Source: an uncultured Bacilli bacterium
GTDB lineage: Bacteria; Bacillota_I; Bacilli_A; RF39; UBA660
Direction of reading: 5' to 3'
NCBI GenBank assembly: GCA_947629165.1
Contig: CANRCR010000001.1
Coordinates: forward strand, 86,246-150,245
Length of the DNA: 64,000 nucleotides
The notes below the pieces were generated by a model, which did no database searches, was not told the DNA's origin, and saw only the letters and a list, made by a program, of their open reading frames with translations. Shown here piece after piece: positions 56,583-64,000 of the stretch (the stretch's first letter is position 1; each line of letters starts with the position of its first letter). The position numbers were made by a program, and so were the translations under genes.

Positions 56583-56635
56583 ATTTTCACCCTAATAATA
56601 TTATAGCAAAGAAGCCACAAAAAAAGAAGTAAAAA

Positions 56636-56899
56636 TTACTTCATTTCGTTTACCATTTTAGTTAATCTTGATTTATCACGTGCTGCTTTATTTGTTTTGA
56701 TGATTCCACTAGCAAGTGCTTTATCAATTTTTTTATTTGCGGTTGTTAAATTTTTACTAGCAGCCTCTTTGTTGTTTTCTTTTACGGCTTTTTCTACTTT
56801 TTTAACCGCTGATTTCATACTTGACTTTACAACGGTATTGTTATCTCCTTTTTTGGCATTCGTTATAACGCGCTTTTTAGCACTTTTAATATTTGGCAT
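56636..56899 (-). CDS. rpsT: 30S ribosomal protein S20
   Basis: MPNIKSAKKRV...KNKAARDKSRL matches S20. Confidence 0.9.
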   Translation of the reverse strand: MPNIKSAKKRVITNAKKGDNNTVVKSSMKSAVKKVEKAVKENNKEAASKNLTTANKKIDKALASGIIKTNKAARDKSRLTKMVNEMK

Positions 56900-57000
56900 T
56901 TTTTCACCTCACTTTTTGTAACATCTTAATTCTAGCAAAAAATAAGGAAAAAAGCAAATAGAAAATGTTTCTTTTGCCATAATAATAAAGGTGATAGTAA

Positions 57001-58041
57001 ATGAAACATGAAATTGACCTCAGTCTTTATTCTATTCGAACGGATTTAGTTATCGATACCATTACGCAAGAACAGGCTTCTTTAGTTACCGAAAAGAAAA
57101 CAGCATACGATGCTATTTCTGTTTCCGAGGTAAATATCGATTCAAAAAACAGTGCACTTTTAGGCAAAAAAGAAGGAAAGTATATCACGATTAAATTTGA
57201 GGATGTCACCGATCACGTGAATCGGGCCAATTTAATTGAAGTGGTGACCCAAGAGTTACGGGAATTACTGGATTATTTGCATATTGCTCCTTCGGATAAA
57301 TGCTTTGTCGTAGGACTTGGAAATCGTAATTCTACGCCGGATGCTTTAGGCCCTAAAACACTCGATCAATGTTTTATTACCAAATATTTATTTGATATGG
57401 AAGGGGCAGAAGTGGAACCGGGAATTCGTAATGTATCTGGTTTTGTTCCTGGCGTCATGGGAAGTACAGGAATCGAAAGTAGCGATGTTATTTTAGGTAT
57501 TGTCGAAAAGACGAGGCCGGATTTTATTTTGGCTATCGATGCGTTAGCTTCTTCGAGTATGGAACGACTTTCTAAAACAATTCAAATGACCGATACTGGA
57601 ATCCATCCTGGAAGTGGGGTGGGAAATAGTCGGAAAGAAATCTCGCAAGCTACGATTGGAATTCCGGTGATTGCAATCGGTATTCCGATGGTCGTCGATT
57701 TGGCCACCATCGTGTCCGATACGATTCATTATTTTTTAAGACAGATGAGTTATAATAAAGAAAACTATTCGAAGGGAAGTCATAAATTAACGCCGGTTAC
57801 GGCAAGAAACTATTTGAAGCATCAAGAACATCTTTCTAAGGAAGAAAAAGAAAAATTACTGGGAATGGTTGGAACTCTTTCGGAAGAAGCTATTAAATCG
57901 TTAATGTTCGAAGTGTTAACGCCCATCGGTTTTAATATGATGGTAACTCCTAAGGAAGTCGATTTTGTCGTCGATTATTTAAGTGAAGTTTTAGGAAAAA
58001 GTATCAATCAGTCATTACATACTAAATCTTTGTCGAATTAA
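57001..58041 (+). CDS. gpr: Germination protease GPR (spore SASP endopeptidase)
   Basis: ...DLSLYSIRTDLVID...VVGLGNRNSTPDALGPKT...VPGVMGSTGIESSDVILGIV...PDFILAIDALAS...DTGIHPGSGVGNSRKEIS...IGIPVIAIGIP is collinear with B. subtilis GPR. Divergent from rpsT as in Bacillus. Confidence 0.85.
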   Translation: MKHEIDLSLYSIRTDLVIDTITQEQASLVTEKKTAYDAISVSEVNIDSKNSALLGKKEGKYITIKFEDVTDHVNRANLIEVVTQELRELLDYLHIAPSDKCFVVGLGNRNSTPDALGPKTLDQCFITKYLFDMEGAEVEPGIRNVSGFVPGVMGSTGIESSDVILGIVEKTRPDFILAIDALASSSMERLSKTIQMTDTGIHPGSGVGNSRKEISQATIGIPVIAIGIPMVVDLATIVSDTIHYFLRQMSYNKENYSKGSHKLTPVTARNYLKHQEHLSKEEKEKLLGMVGTLSEEAIKSLMFEVLTPIGFNMMVTPKEVDFVVDYLSEVLGKSINQSLHTKSLSN

Positions 58042-58068
58042 GCCTTTTAAATAAGGTTTTTTTCTTTT

Positions 58069-58077
58069 GTTCGACAA
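58069..58077. promoter_or_regulatory. Third TTCGACAAA Spo0A-box-like 9-mer upstream of spoIIP
   Basis: Exact 9-mer about 58 bp upstream of the spoIIP start. Confidence 0.3.
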
Positions 58078-58134
58078 AAAGAGTACGTCTTTCTTGCTAA
58101 AATAATTCATATCTTATTAAAAGGAGGGATCCTA

Positions 58135-59127
58135 TTGTATCATCGTAAAAAAATCTATAAAAAATCACACCATCGTTCAATCTCATTAAAAATAAAATTA
58201 CTCTTTCTTTGTACTATTTTAATAAGTTGTATCTACTTTCTCTATCAAGGTGTTTTATGGCTTACCCAAACATCTTTTCATCTATCTTTTTTAGAACAAG
58301 TTTTAGAAGAAAGTATCCCTTATCCAAAGGAAAATAATTATTCTTTCAAGTGGGTTTCTTCACTTACGCATTTTTTAACACGTGTCAATGTTCAAGAACC
58401 TTCTTCTATTTTAAGTCAAGGTTCCGTTTATTTTGCAGAAAATGTTCCTCAAGAAGAACTTGTTTTTGATTCCCCTTTGCCATCACAAGAAGTTGCTCAA
58501 GATGATCCTCTTCCGATTGTTTATCTTTACAATAGTCATCCGAACGAAGAGTATAGTGCATCCAATCTTGAACCTTACAATATTACTCCTAACGTGACCA
58601 TGATCAATTATATTTTAAAGGAAAATTTAGCTAAACAAGGTATTTATTCCATAGTTGAAGAACAGAGTGTTCCTGAAATATTACGACTCCATCAATGGAA
58701 TTATGCTTCGAGTTACAAGGCGACTCGTCTCTTAATGGAAGATGCAAAAGAAAAGAATCCTCAACTTGTCTATTTTATCGATCTTCATCGAGATTCGGTT
58801 GGAAAAAGTATTTCGACCGCGACGATTCAAGGCCTTACTTATGCAAAAGTGCTATTTTTAATCGGTTTGGAAAATGAAAACTATGCTCCCAATCTCGCTT
58901 TTACTGAAAAAATCAACCAACGATTAGAAAGTACTTATCCCGGAATCAGTCGGGGTATCTATAAAAAAGAAGGTCCTGGAGTGAATGGGGTTTATAATCA
59001 AGATTTTAGTCCGCGAACGATTTTGATCGAAGTGGGTGGACAAGCGAATACTATCGATGAAGTTTTCCGTACTACGGAAGCGATTAGTAATGTATTAGGG
59101 GCCATTATTAAGGAGGAATCGGTATGA
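58135..59127 (+). CDS. spoIIP: Stage II sporulation protein P (SpoIIP, engulfment amidase/peptidase)
   Basis: 330 aa, N-terminal TM, located directly after gpr (Bacillus synteny). SpoIIP-like size and composition. Confidence 0.65.
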   Translation: MYHRKKIYKKSHHRSISLKIKLLFLCTILISCIYFLYQGVLWLTQTSFHLSFLEQVLEESIPYPKENNYSFKWVSSLTHFLTRVNVQEPSSILSQGSVYFAENVPQEELVFDSPLPSQEVAQDDPLPIVYLYNSHPNEEYSASNLEPYNITPNVTMINYILKENLAKQGIYSIVEEQSVPEILRLHQWNYASSYKATRLLMEDAKEKNPQLVYFIDLHRDSVGKSISTATIQGLTYAKVLFLIGLENENYAPNLAFTEKINQRLESTYPGISRGIYKKEGPGVNGVYNQDFSPRTILIEVGGQANTIDEVFRTTEAISNVLGAIIKEESV

Positions 59128-59450
59128 ATTGGAATCAGTTTGCAGGAATTAGTTTTTTACTTTTGTTTTTAGTTTTTGTAGGTCTTTATTTTACGGCTTC
59201 TAGTGGCTATTACGAAACGGAGGAACGTAAGAAGATGACCCTTACGGAAGAACAGATTGCGCTTTTTGAAAAAGATGTAGCGGAAGGAAAACAGATCGAT
59301 ATCGAAGATTACTTATCACTTCATGAAAAACATTATGACAATGCGATTTCGTCTACCACTTTATCTTTATCGCATAAGATTGGAGAATATTTTGAACAGG
59401 GACTCAACGCCTTTTTTGAAGCGATGGCAAGTGCTATGAATTCACAATAG
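59124..59450 (+). CDS. yqxA: YqxA-like small membrane protein (DUF3679)
   Basis: 108 aa, N-terminal TM, overlaps the spoIIP stop. It is in the position of B. subtilis yqxA. Confidence 0.5.
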   Translation: MNWNQFAGISFLLLFLVFVGLYFTASSGYYETEERKKMTLTEEQIALFEKDVAEGKQIDIEDYLSLHEKHYDNAISSTTLSLSHKIGEYFEQGLNAFFEAMASAMNSQ

Positions 59451-59494
59451 CACTTGTTTTTTTTAATTTTCCGTTATACTATAATAATTGTAGG

Positions 59495-60100
59495 GTGGTG
59501 TTTGGAATGAAGGAATCGGTTTTACCGAAAATTGTTTTCATCGATCAGGACGAATGTCTCGTTTCCGGAGGATGGCTTTATTTATTGAACGAATTTTTAG
59601 GAACACATTATGTTATGAGTGATTTTTCATCTTATTTTATCGAAGAGGAAGCCATTCAAGATCCGATGCTTCGAAAAGAGTTTTATCAATATCTTTTAAA
59701 TAAAAATATATATCGTTATGTCGAATATTTACCGGGTGCTTTAGCGGCCATGGAAAAGTTATGCCGAAGTTCTTTGTATCGGCCGTATATTCTAACAAGT
59801 TACAGTATTCCTCAAGTGTATGAATCGTGTGGTATTTTAGCTGCCCAAAAGCATGATTTCTTTGTTCGAACAATGCCTTTTTTACCACGTGGTCGGCTTT
59901 TATTGACGAGCGGGGATAAGATGATTTTTCGAGGCGATATTCGAATCGACGATCTCGTTAAAAATTTAGAAAATGCCGATCAAAAAATATTGATGACTTC
60001 ATTTCATAACGAAAAGGTGCCTATTCAAACACTAGAAGAACAGGGAATTATTCGAGTGAAAGATTGGTATGAAGTTGAAAAAGTATTAAAATTAAAGTAG
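59495..60100 (+). CDS. HAD-superfamily 5'(3')-deoxyribonucleotidase-like protein (putative)
   Basis: 201 aa. N-terminal KIVFIDQDECLVSG resembles a DxDx(T/V/C) HAD motif I of the NT5C-type. Confidence 0.35.
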   Translation: MVFGMKESVLPKIVFIDQDECLVSGGWLYLLNEFLGTHYVMSDFSSYFIEEEAIQDPMLRKEFYQYLLNKNIYRYVEYLPGALAAMEKLCRSSLYRPYILTSYSIPQVYESCGILAAQKHDFFVRTMPFLPRGRLLLTSGDKMIFRGDIRIDDLVKNLENADQKILMTSFHNEKVPIQTLEEQGIIRVKDWYEVEKVLKLK

Positions 60101-60113
60101 GGAGTGAATTTAA

Positions 60114-60752
60114 ATGAAAGAAAAAGAATATAATACTTCGGTTATCATAACGCATTTTGATGTCGATTGGATGCGCATTAAATCTGCCTGTATGACAACG
60201 ATTAGTAAACAGGCTGGAACTAAAGAACCATCGGGATTATGGAAAAAGAAACTTTTAATCTGTCGCCATTCTCCTATCCGAAGAGGGGAAGTGAGTTGGA
60301 AATGGCCACAAATACCTTACGCTATTTCGACACATTTTGCACGGCATCACGAAGGATGCGAAAAGTTTATTGGAACGGAACGTACGGATCGTACGAATGT
60401 CGATCGTGAAACAAGAAGTCAAATGAATTATGTTCCAATGGAAATGGATGCCAATTTACAAGCGTTAATGAGTATTTCAGAACGGCGACTCTGTACGAAT
60501 GCCGACCCGCTTACTCGCAAATATTGGAGTTCACTTGTGGATGCACTTCAAGCCTATGATCCTTATGTCGCTTGGAGTAACGTTCCTCAATGTGTTGTTC
60601 GAGGGGGATGTTGTGAACCTTTCAGTCCTTGTCTTTTCTATGACAACTTAATGAAAGATGCCACCGAAGAAGAAAAAACATCACTTATTAAACGTTACGA
60701 TTTTTATAATCGAAAAACACGGGGATTAGTTCTTCCAACCGATACGAAATAA
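60114..60752 (+). CDS. Cys/His/Arg-rich hypothetical protein with elevated GC
   Basis: 212 aa with RBS tagggagtg. Composition is visibly GC-richer (about 40+%) than the flanks. No family recognised with confidence. Confidence 0.5.
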   Translation: MKEKEYNTSVIITHFDVDWMRIKSACMTTISKQAGTKEPSGLWKKKLLICRHSPIRRGEVSWKWPQIPYAISTHFARHHEGCEKFIGTERTDRTNVDRETRSQMNYVPMEMDANLQALMSISERRLCTNADPLTRKYWSSLVDALQAYDPYVAWSNVPQCVVRGGCCEPFSPCLFYDNLMKDATEEEKTSLIKRYDFYNRKTRGLVLPTDTK

Positions 60753-60843
60753 ATCCTTTGAAAAGGCTTTTTTCTTTACTTTTAAAACTAAAGAAATTAT
60801 AATAAAAAGTACTTTATTTTATCGATTAAGGAGCAATTTTTCT

Positions 60844-61692
60844 ATGAATAATTATGAACTTTCTATACTTTCCTATAAAGATGTGCATGGCGATGAAAAT
60901 ACGGATTCCATTATTAAAAATCATAGAAAAGCGGAAATTACGGATTTTGCGCTTCTTTTAGGTGGGGAAAGTACCGAGACAGGAACTTGGTGGTATTGGA
61001 TTAATGGAGTCAATACTCCTTACAGTGCTGTCGATTCTACTGGGCGTTTCTGTAATACCCGTCTTTCTCGGCGTAGTGGCGGAATACGTCCTTGTTTAAA
61101 AGTTTCTAACTTGAGTCGGATTCCTTACGAAATAATCGAAAATAGATTTGTAGAAGAAGTGATTTTCGGCGAATATCCGCAGTTTTCTGCTCGTACTTTG
61201 TCTCCTATATTAGAAAATGAGTATCAAAATGGTTTGCTTTCGGAAAGTGGTAAATATTACTCGAGTGATTCTCAAGAATGGACAGAGGAAGAGGGACCTT
61301 TTAAAGAACGCCGATTCACCGAATATATTTATCATAATCGGAAATTTATTCGTGTCATCGGGGATGAGAATGGCATAAATAATCATTTAAGTGATGGGGA
61401 AACTGTATATGTTGGGACCCCTTATTGGTTGGAAGTAACCCCTGTTCATTGGTATTTAGATGAAGCAAACCAGCAACTTATTTCACGTTATATTTTAGTT
61501 TCTGGTGTTCGTTATAGTAATCGTTCGAGTAAAATTATTACTGAGAGTGAAATTTATCATTTTTTACAAGATTATATGTTAGGTAATATTTATAATTCTT
61601 CTGATACTTCAATTTTGGGCCATAACAAGGATTTACGTAGCTTTGTCTATCGAAAAAAGATGTCCAAAAAAGCCACGTCAGGGGATGAGTAA
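60844..61692 (+). CDS. DUF6273-like family paralog 3
   Basis: N-terminus YELSILSYKDV...ITDFALLLGG...TWWYWING...RRSGGIRPCLKV. C-terminus FGEYPQF...YWLEVTPVHWYLD...LISRYILVSGVRY. Confidence 0.6.
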   Translation: MNNYELSILSYKDVHGDENTDSIIKNHRKAEITDFALLLGGESTETGTWWYWINGVNTPYSAVDSTGRFCNTRLSRRSGGIRPCLKVSNLSRIPYEIIENRFVEEVIFGEYPQFSARTLSPILENEYQNGLLSESGKYYSSDSQEWTEEEGPFKERRFTEYIYHNRKFIRVIGDENGINNHLSDGETVYVGTPYWLEVTPVHWYLDEANQQLISRYILVSGVRYSNRSSKIITESEIYHFLQDYMLGNIYNSSDTSILGHNKDLRSFVYRKKMSKKATSGDE

Positions 61693-62490
61693 ATGAATAC
61701 TTTCAAATTGTCTTTACCTACGTATCAAGATTTACATGAAGGAGTTTATTATCCGCTCGATGTTTGTGCAAGAGCTACAGATTATGCTTTTCTAACTGGA
61801 TGTGGCGGTTCCTTTGATCATTACGGTTGGTACTGGCTCAAAGCAGATAATAGTTCCGTTAATTCGGTTTCTACGACAGGTGGGATTTCTTCAGAAAATA
61901 AAGGACGTCGTTGTGGGGGAATACGACCTTCTATTTATGTTGCATCGTTACTTCCTTCTTCTAAGAAAATTATATCTTTCGGTGAATATCCTCAATTTTA
62001 CGATTATAGCGATAATGAGGAAATCGAATCTGCCTTTCAACGCAATCAACTTAGTCCTACTGGAAAGTTCTATTCGCTCGATAGTTGTCATTGGAATGAT
62101 GTCGATTCTCCTTTTCAACTTCGAAGATTTCCTGAATATAAATATAATAACAAAAAATATATCCGCTTGGTCGGGGATTTTAATAGCGATGGCGCTATTC
62201 TTAATAATGGAGAACGAGTCGTCGAAAATAATCCGTATTGGATCAAGGTAGAACCGATTCTTTGGATTCCTGATTATGACCACCATCTACTTCTATCAAA
62301 ATATGTTCTTTTATCGGGAATTCGTTATCATAGCGACATCTTTTATGATTCTTTTGATAATACTGAAATGAATAACTATCTTAGTAAATATATGACGCAA
62401 GAAATTAGCCCAGATGCATATCAGTCGACAGTTATTGATCATCATCCTAATTTACAACAATTTATTTACCGTAAACTTCCTAGAAAATAA
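61693..62490 (+). CDS. DUF6273-like family paralog 4
   Basis: FKLSLPTYQDL...ATDYAFLTGCGG...YGWYWLKAD...RRCGGIRPSIYV; FGEYPQF...YWIKVEPILWIPD...LLSKYVLLSGIRY. Start is 1 nt after the paralog 3 stop. Confidence 0.6.
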   Translation: MNTFKLSLPTYQDLHEGVYYPLDVCARATDYAFLTGCGGSFDHYGWYWLKADNSSVNSVSTTGGISSENKGRRCGGIRPSIYVASLLPSSKKIISFGEYPQFYDYSDNEEIESAFQRNQLSPTGKFYSLDSCHWNDVDSPFQLRRFPEYKYNNKKYIRLVGDFNSDGAILNNGERVVENNPYWIKVEPILWIPDYDHHLLLSKYVLLSGIRYHSDIFYDSFDNTEMNNYLSKYMTQEISPDAYQSTVIDHHPNLQQFIYRKLPRK

Positions 62491-62536
62491 TTTACTTTAA
62501 TCGATACCAGCGTTATAATAGGTATACTTTCTCGTT

Positions 62537-63340
62537 TTGTGGGGTGAATCTATGGAAAAATATAAACTCACTTTAATGAATAAAGATGATTTTCAATTTC
62601 TTTCGGGAAACTATGCTATTATGATCGATAGTGAAGCACGTGCGACCGATTTACATATTCTTTCAGGGGGTGGAGCCACCTCTCGCTTTGTTGCTTGGTA
62701 TTGGATTACGAGGTGCAATAACAATTCGAATAATTGTGTCAATTCGGATGAACATATTTCTGTTGAACGTGAAACCCGTCGTTGTGGAGGCATTCGTCCG
62801 GTTATTGAAGTGGAAGATTTAAATGATATTTCTTATATCCCTCAAGATAATGGGAAAGTTCTTTTTGGGGAGTACCCACAATTTTATGTTCCAGATCTTA
62901 GTCCCGAGTTAGAAAGAGTTTATCAAAACGGAATGCTTTCTACTACGGAAAGACATTATTCGCTCGATGGTACCTTTTGGCAATATGAGTCTCCTGATTT
63001 TAAACTTCGCACTTTTCGTGAATACACTTATAAGGATCGTCATTTTATTCGCTTTGTGGGGGACGAGAACGGTTGCCATGAAAATTTATGGAACTTGGAT
63101 AAAATAGAAATGAATAAAGCTTATTGGATTGAGGTAAAACCGGTTACTTGGTATTTAGATGAAAATAGACAACGACTTATTTCCAAATATGTTCTTCTTT
63201 CGGGCATTCGTTATGTCGATTTAGAATCCTATTTAAAATTATATATGACTCCGGAAATTGCTTCACGCCGTTCCAATTCATTTATTTTAGATTCGAATCA
63301 AGATTTACGTAGTTTGGTATATCGTAAAATTAAAAAATAG
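62537..63340 (+). CDS. DUF6273-like family paralog 5
   Basis: YKLTLMNKDDF...ATDLHILSGGG...VAWYWITRCN...RRCGGIRPVIEV; FGEYPQF...YWIEVKPVTWYLD...LISKYVLLSGIRY. Confidence 0.6.
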   Translation: MWGESMEKYKLTLMNKDDFQFLSGNYAIMIDSEARATDLHILSGGGATSRFVAWYWITRCNNNSNNCVNSDEHISVERETRRCGGIRPVIEVEDLNDISYIPQDNGKVLFGEYPQFYVPDLSPELERVYQNGMLSTTERHYSLDGTFWQYESPDFKLRTFREYTYKDRHFIRFVGDENGCHENLWNLDKIEMNKAYWIEVKPVTWYLDENRQRLISKYVLLSGIRYVDLESYLKLYMTPEIASRRSNSFILDSNQDLRSLVYRKIKK

Positions 63341-63417
63341 AAAAAAAGGGAAGGAAACTTTACCTTTTCTTTTGGTTTAATTTTTAGTATAATAAGTTTA
63401 GTTTAGAGGTGGATTCC

Positions 63418-64000
63418 ATGCGACAAGATTTTATTCGAAATTTTTCTATTATTGCCCATATCGACCATGGGAAAAGTACCTTGGCAGATCGTATTTTAGA
63501 AGTGACCGGAGCAGTTTCTAAAAGAGAAGCGAAGAATCAACTTTTAGACAACATGGATATCGAACGGGAACGGGGTATCACGATTAAGTTAAATGCCGTT
63601 CAACTAACGTACACCTACCAAAATCAAACGTATTATTTACATCTTATTGATACGCCGGGACACGTCGATTTTAGTTATGAAGTGAGTCGTAGTTTAGCTG
63701 CCTGTGAAGGAGCTCTTCTCGTTGTCGATGCCGCGCAAGGGGTGGAAGCCCAAACATTGGCAAATCTATATCTTGCGATGGAACATGACCTTACGATTAT
63801 TCCCGTGATTAATAAAATTGATTTACCGAATGCCGATGTTGAAAAGGTCAAAAGAGAACTTGTCGAAGAACTTGGCTTTCGGGAAGATGAAATTCTTTTG
63901 ACAAGTGCTAAAAATGGAACTGGAATCGTCGAACTAATCGAAGCCATTATTACACGCATTCCTGCGCCGAAAGGAAATCCTAAAGCACCGTTACAAGGAC
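63418..64000 (+). CDS. lepA: Elongation factor 4 (LepA), N-terminal part; 3' end outside the window
   Basis: [28 protein letters not shown]... (G1), ...DTPGHVDF (G3), NKIDL (G4). RBS agaggtgg. The minus-strand ORF 63675..63959 is an antisense artefact. Confidence 0.9.
   Translation, partial: MRQDFIRNFSIIAHIDHGKSTLADRILEVTGAVSKREAKNQLLDNMDIERERGITIKLNAVQLTYTYQNQTYYLHLIDTPGHVDFSYEVSRSLAACEGALLVVDAAQGVEAQTLANLYLAMEHDLTIIPVINKIDLPNADVEKVKRELVEELGFREDEILLTSAKNGTGIVELIEAIITRIPAPKGNPKAPLQG

Noticed and set aside
60114-60752. Annotating the Cys-rich protein as a ThyX-like thymidylate synthase
   Set aside because: There is only a vague FARHH/RHR-like resemblance and the diagnostic RHRx7S motif is not present, so this is too weak to report as a call.
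61802-62286. Overlapping +/- ORFs (149 aa and 112 aa) inside paralog 4
   Set aside because: They are alternative-frame artefacts within a gene whose frame is supported by family-wide conservation (GGIRP, FGEYPQF, LLSGIRY).
63675-63959. 94-aa minus-strand ORF
   Set aside because: It lies entirely antisense within the highly conserved lepA (EF4) GTPase domain coding sequence.

Overview
This 64 kb window looks like the chromosome of a low-GC (about 33-35% by eye), endospore-forming Firmicute. Gene order repeatedly matches Bacillus subtilis synteny: rpsU-yqeY-yqfC-yqfD...ybeY-dgkA-cdd-era-yqzL-recO; yceD-rpmF; spoIIGA-sigE; polA-mutM; rnhC-cvpA; rpsT/gpr-spoIIP-yqxA...lepA; efp-spoIIIAH; gerE. 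Most of the window is core housekeeping (tRNA synthetases, ribosomal proteins, DNA repair, cell wall) plus sporulation genes. I recognised five RNA elements: a tRNA-Arg(TCT), a glmS ribozyme leader, a proS T-box, ribosomal protein genes missed by the 60-aa ORF cutoff (rpmG, yqzL), and a stand-alone structured small-RNA candidate with its own promoter and terminator at about 32.75-32.97 kb. The accessory content is where the novelty lies. (1) A compact bacteriocin locus at 13.8-16.8 kb has a C39-peptidase ABC exporter, a small membrane accessory protein, two tandem double-glycine-leader peptide precursors whose true starts are internal to the supplied ORFs, and a 60-aa two-helix candidate immunity protein. 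(2) A five-member paralogous family of about 270-290 aa proteins sits in two clusters (26.05-27.78 kb and 60.84-63.34 kb). Their N-terminal region resembles, from memory, the DUF6273 family (WYW...RRxGGIRP). The second cluster, together with a GC-elevated Cys-rich gene and a HAD-like gene, is inserted into the otherwise conserved gpr-spoIIP-yqxA-lepA synteny. (3) Three tandem prepilin-type (GFTLxE) proteins lie next to a Fic-domain gene with no assembly machinery nearby. (4) A 49-aa membrane protein is transcribed divergently from lexA, with a perfect Cheo box in its promoter spacer (candidate SOS cell-division inhibitor). (5) Exact Spo0A-box 9-mers (TTCGACAAA) recur in front of spoIIGA, sigE and spoIIP. 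I found no CRISPR array, transposase, integrase or phage structural gene.
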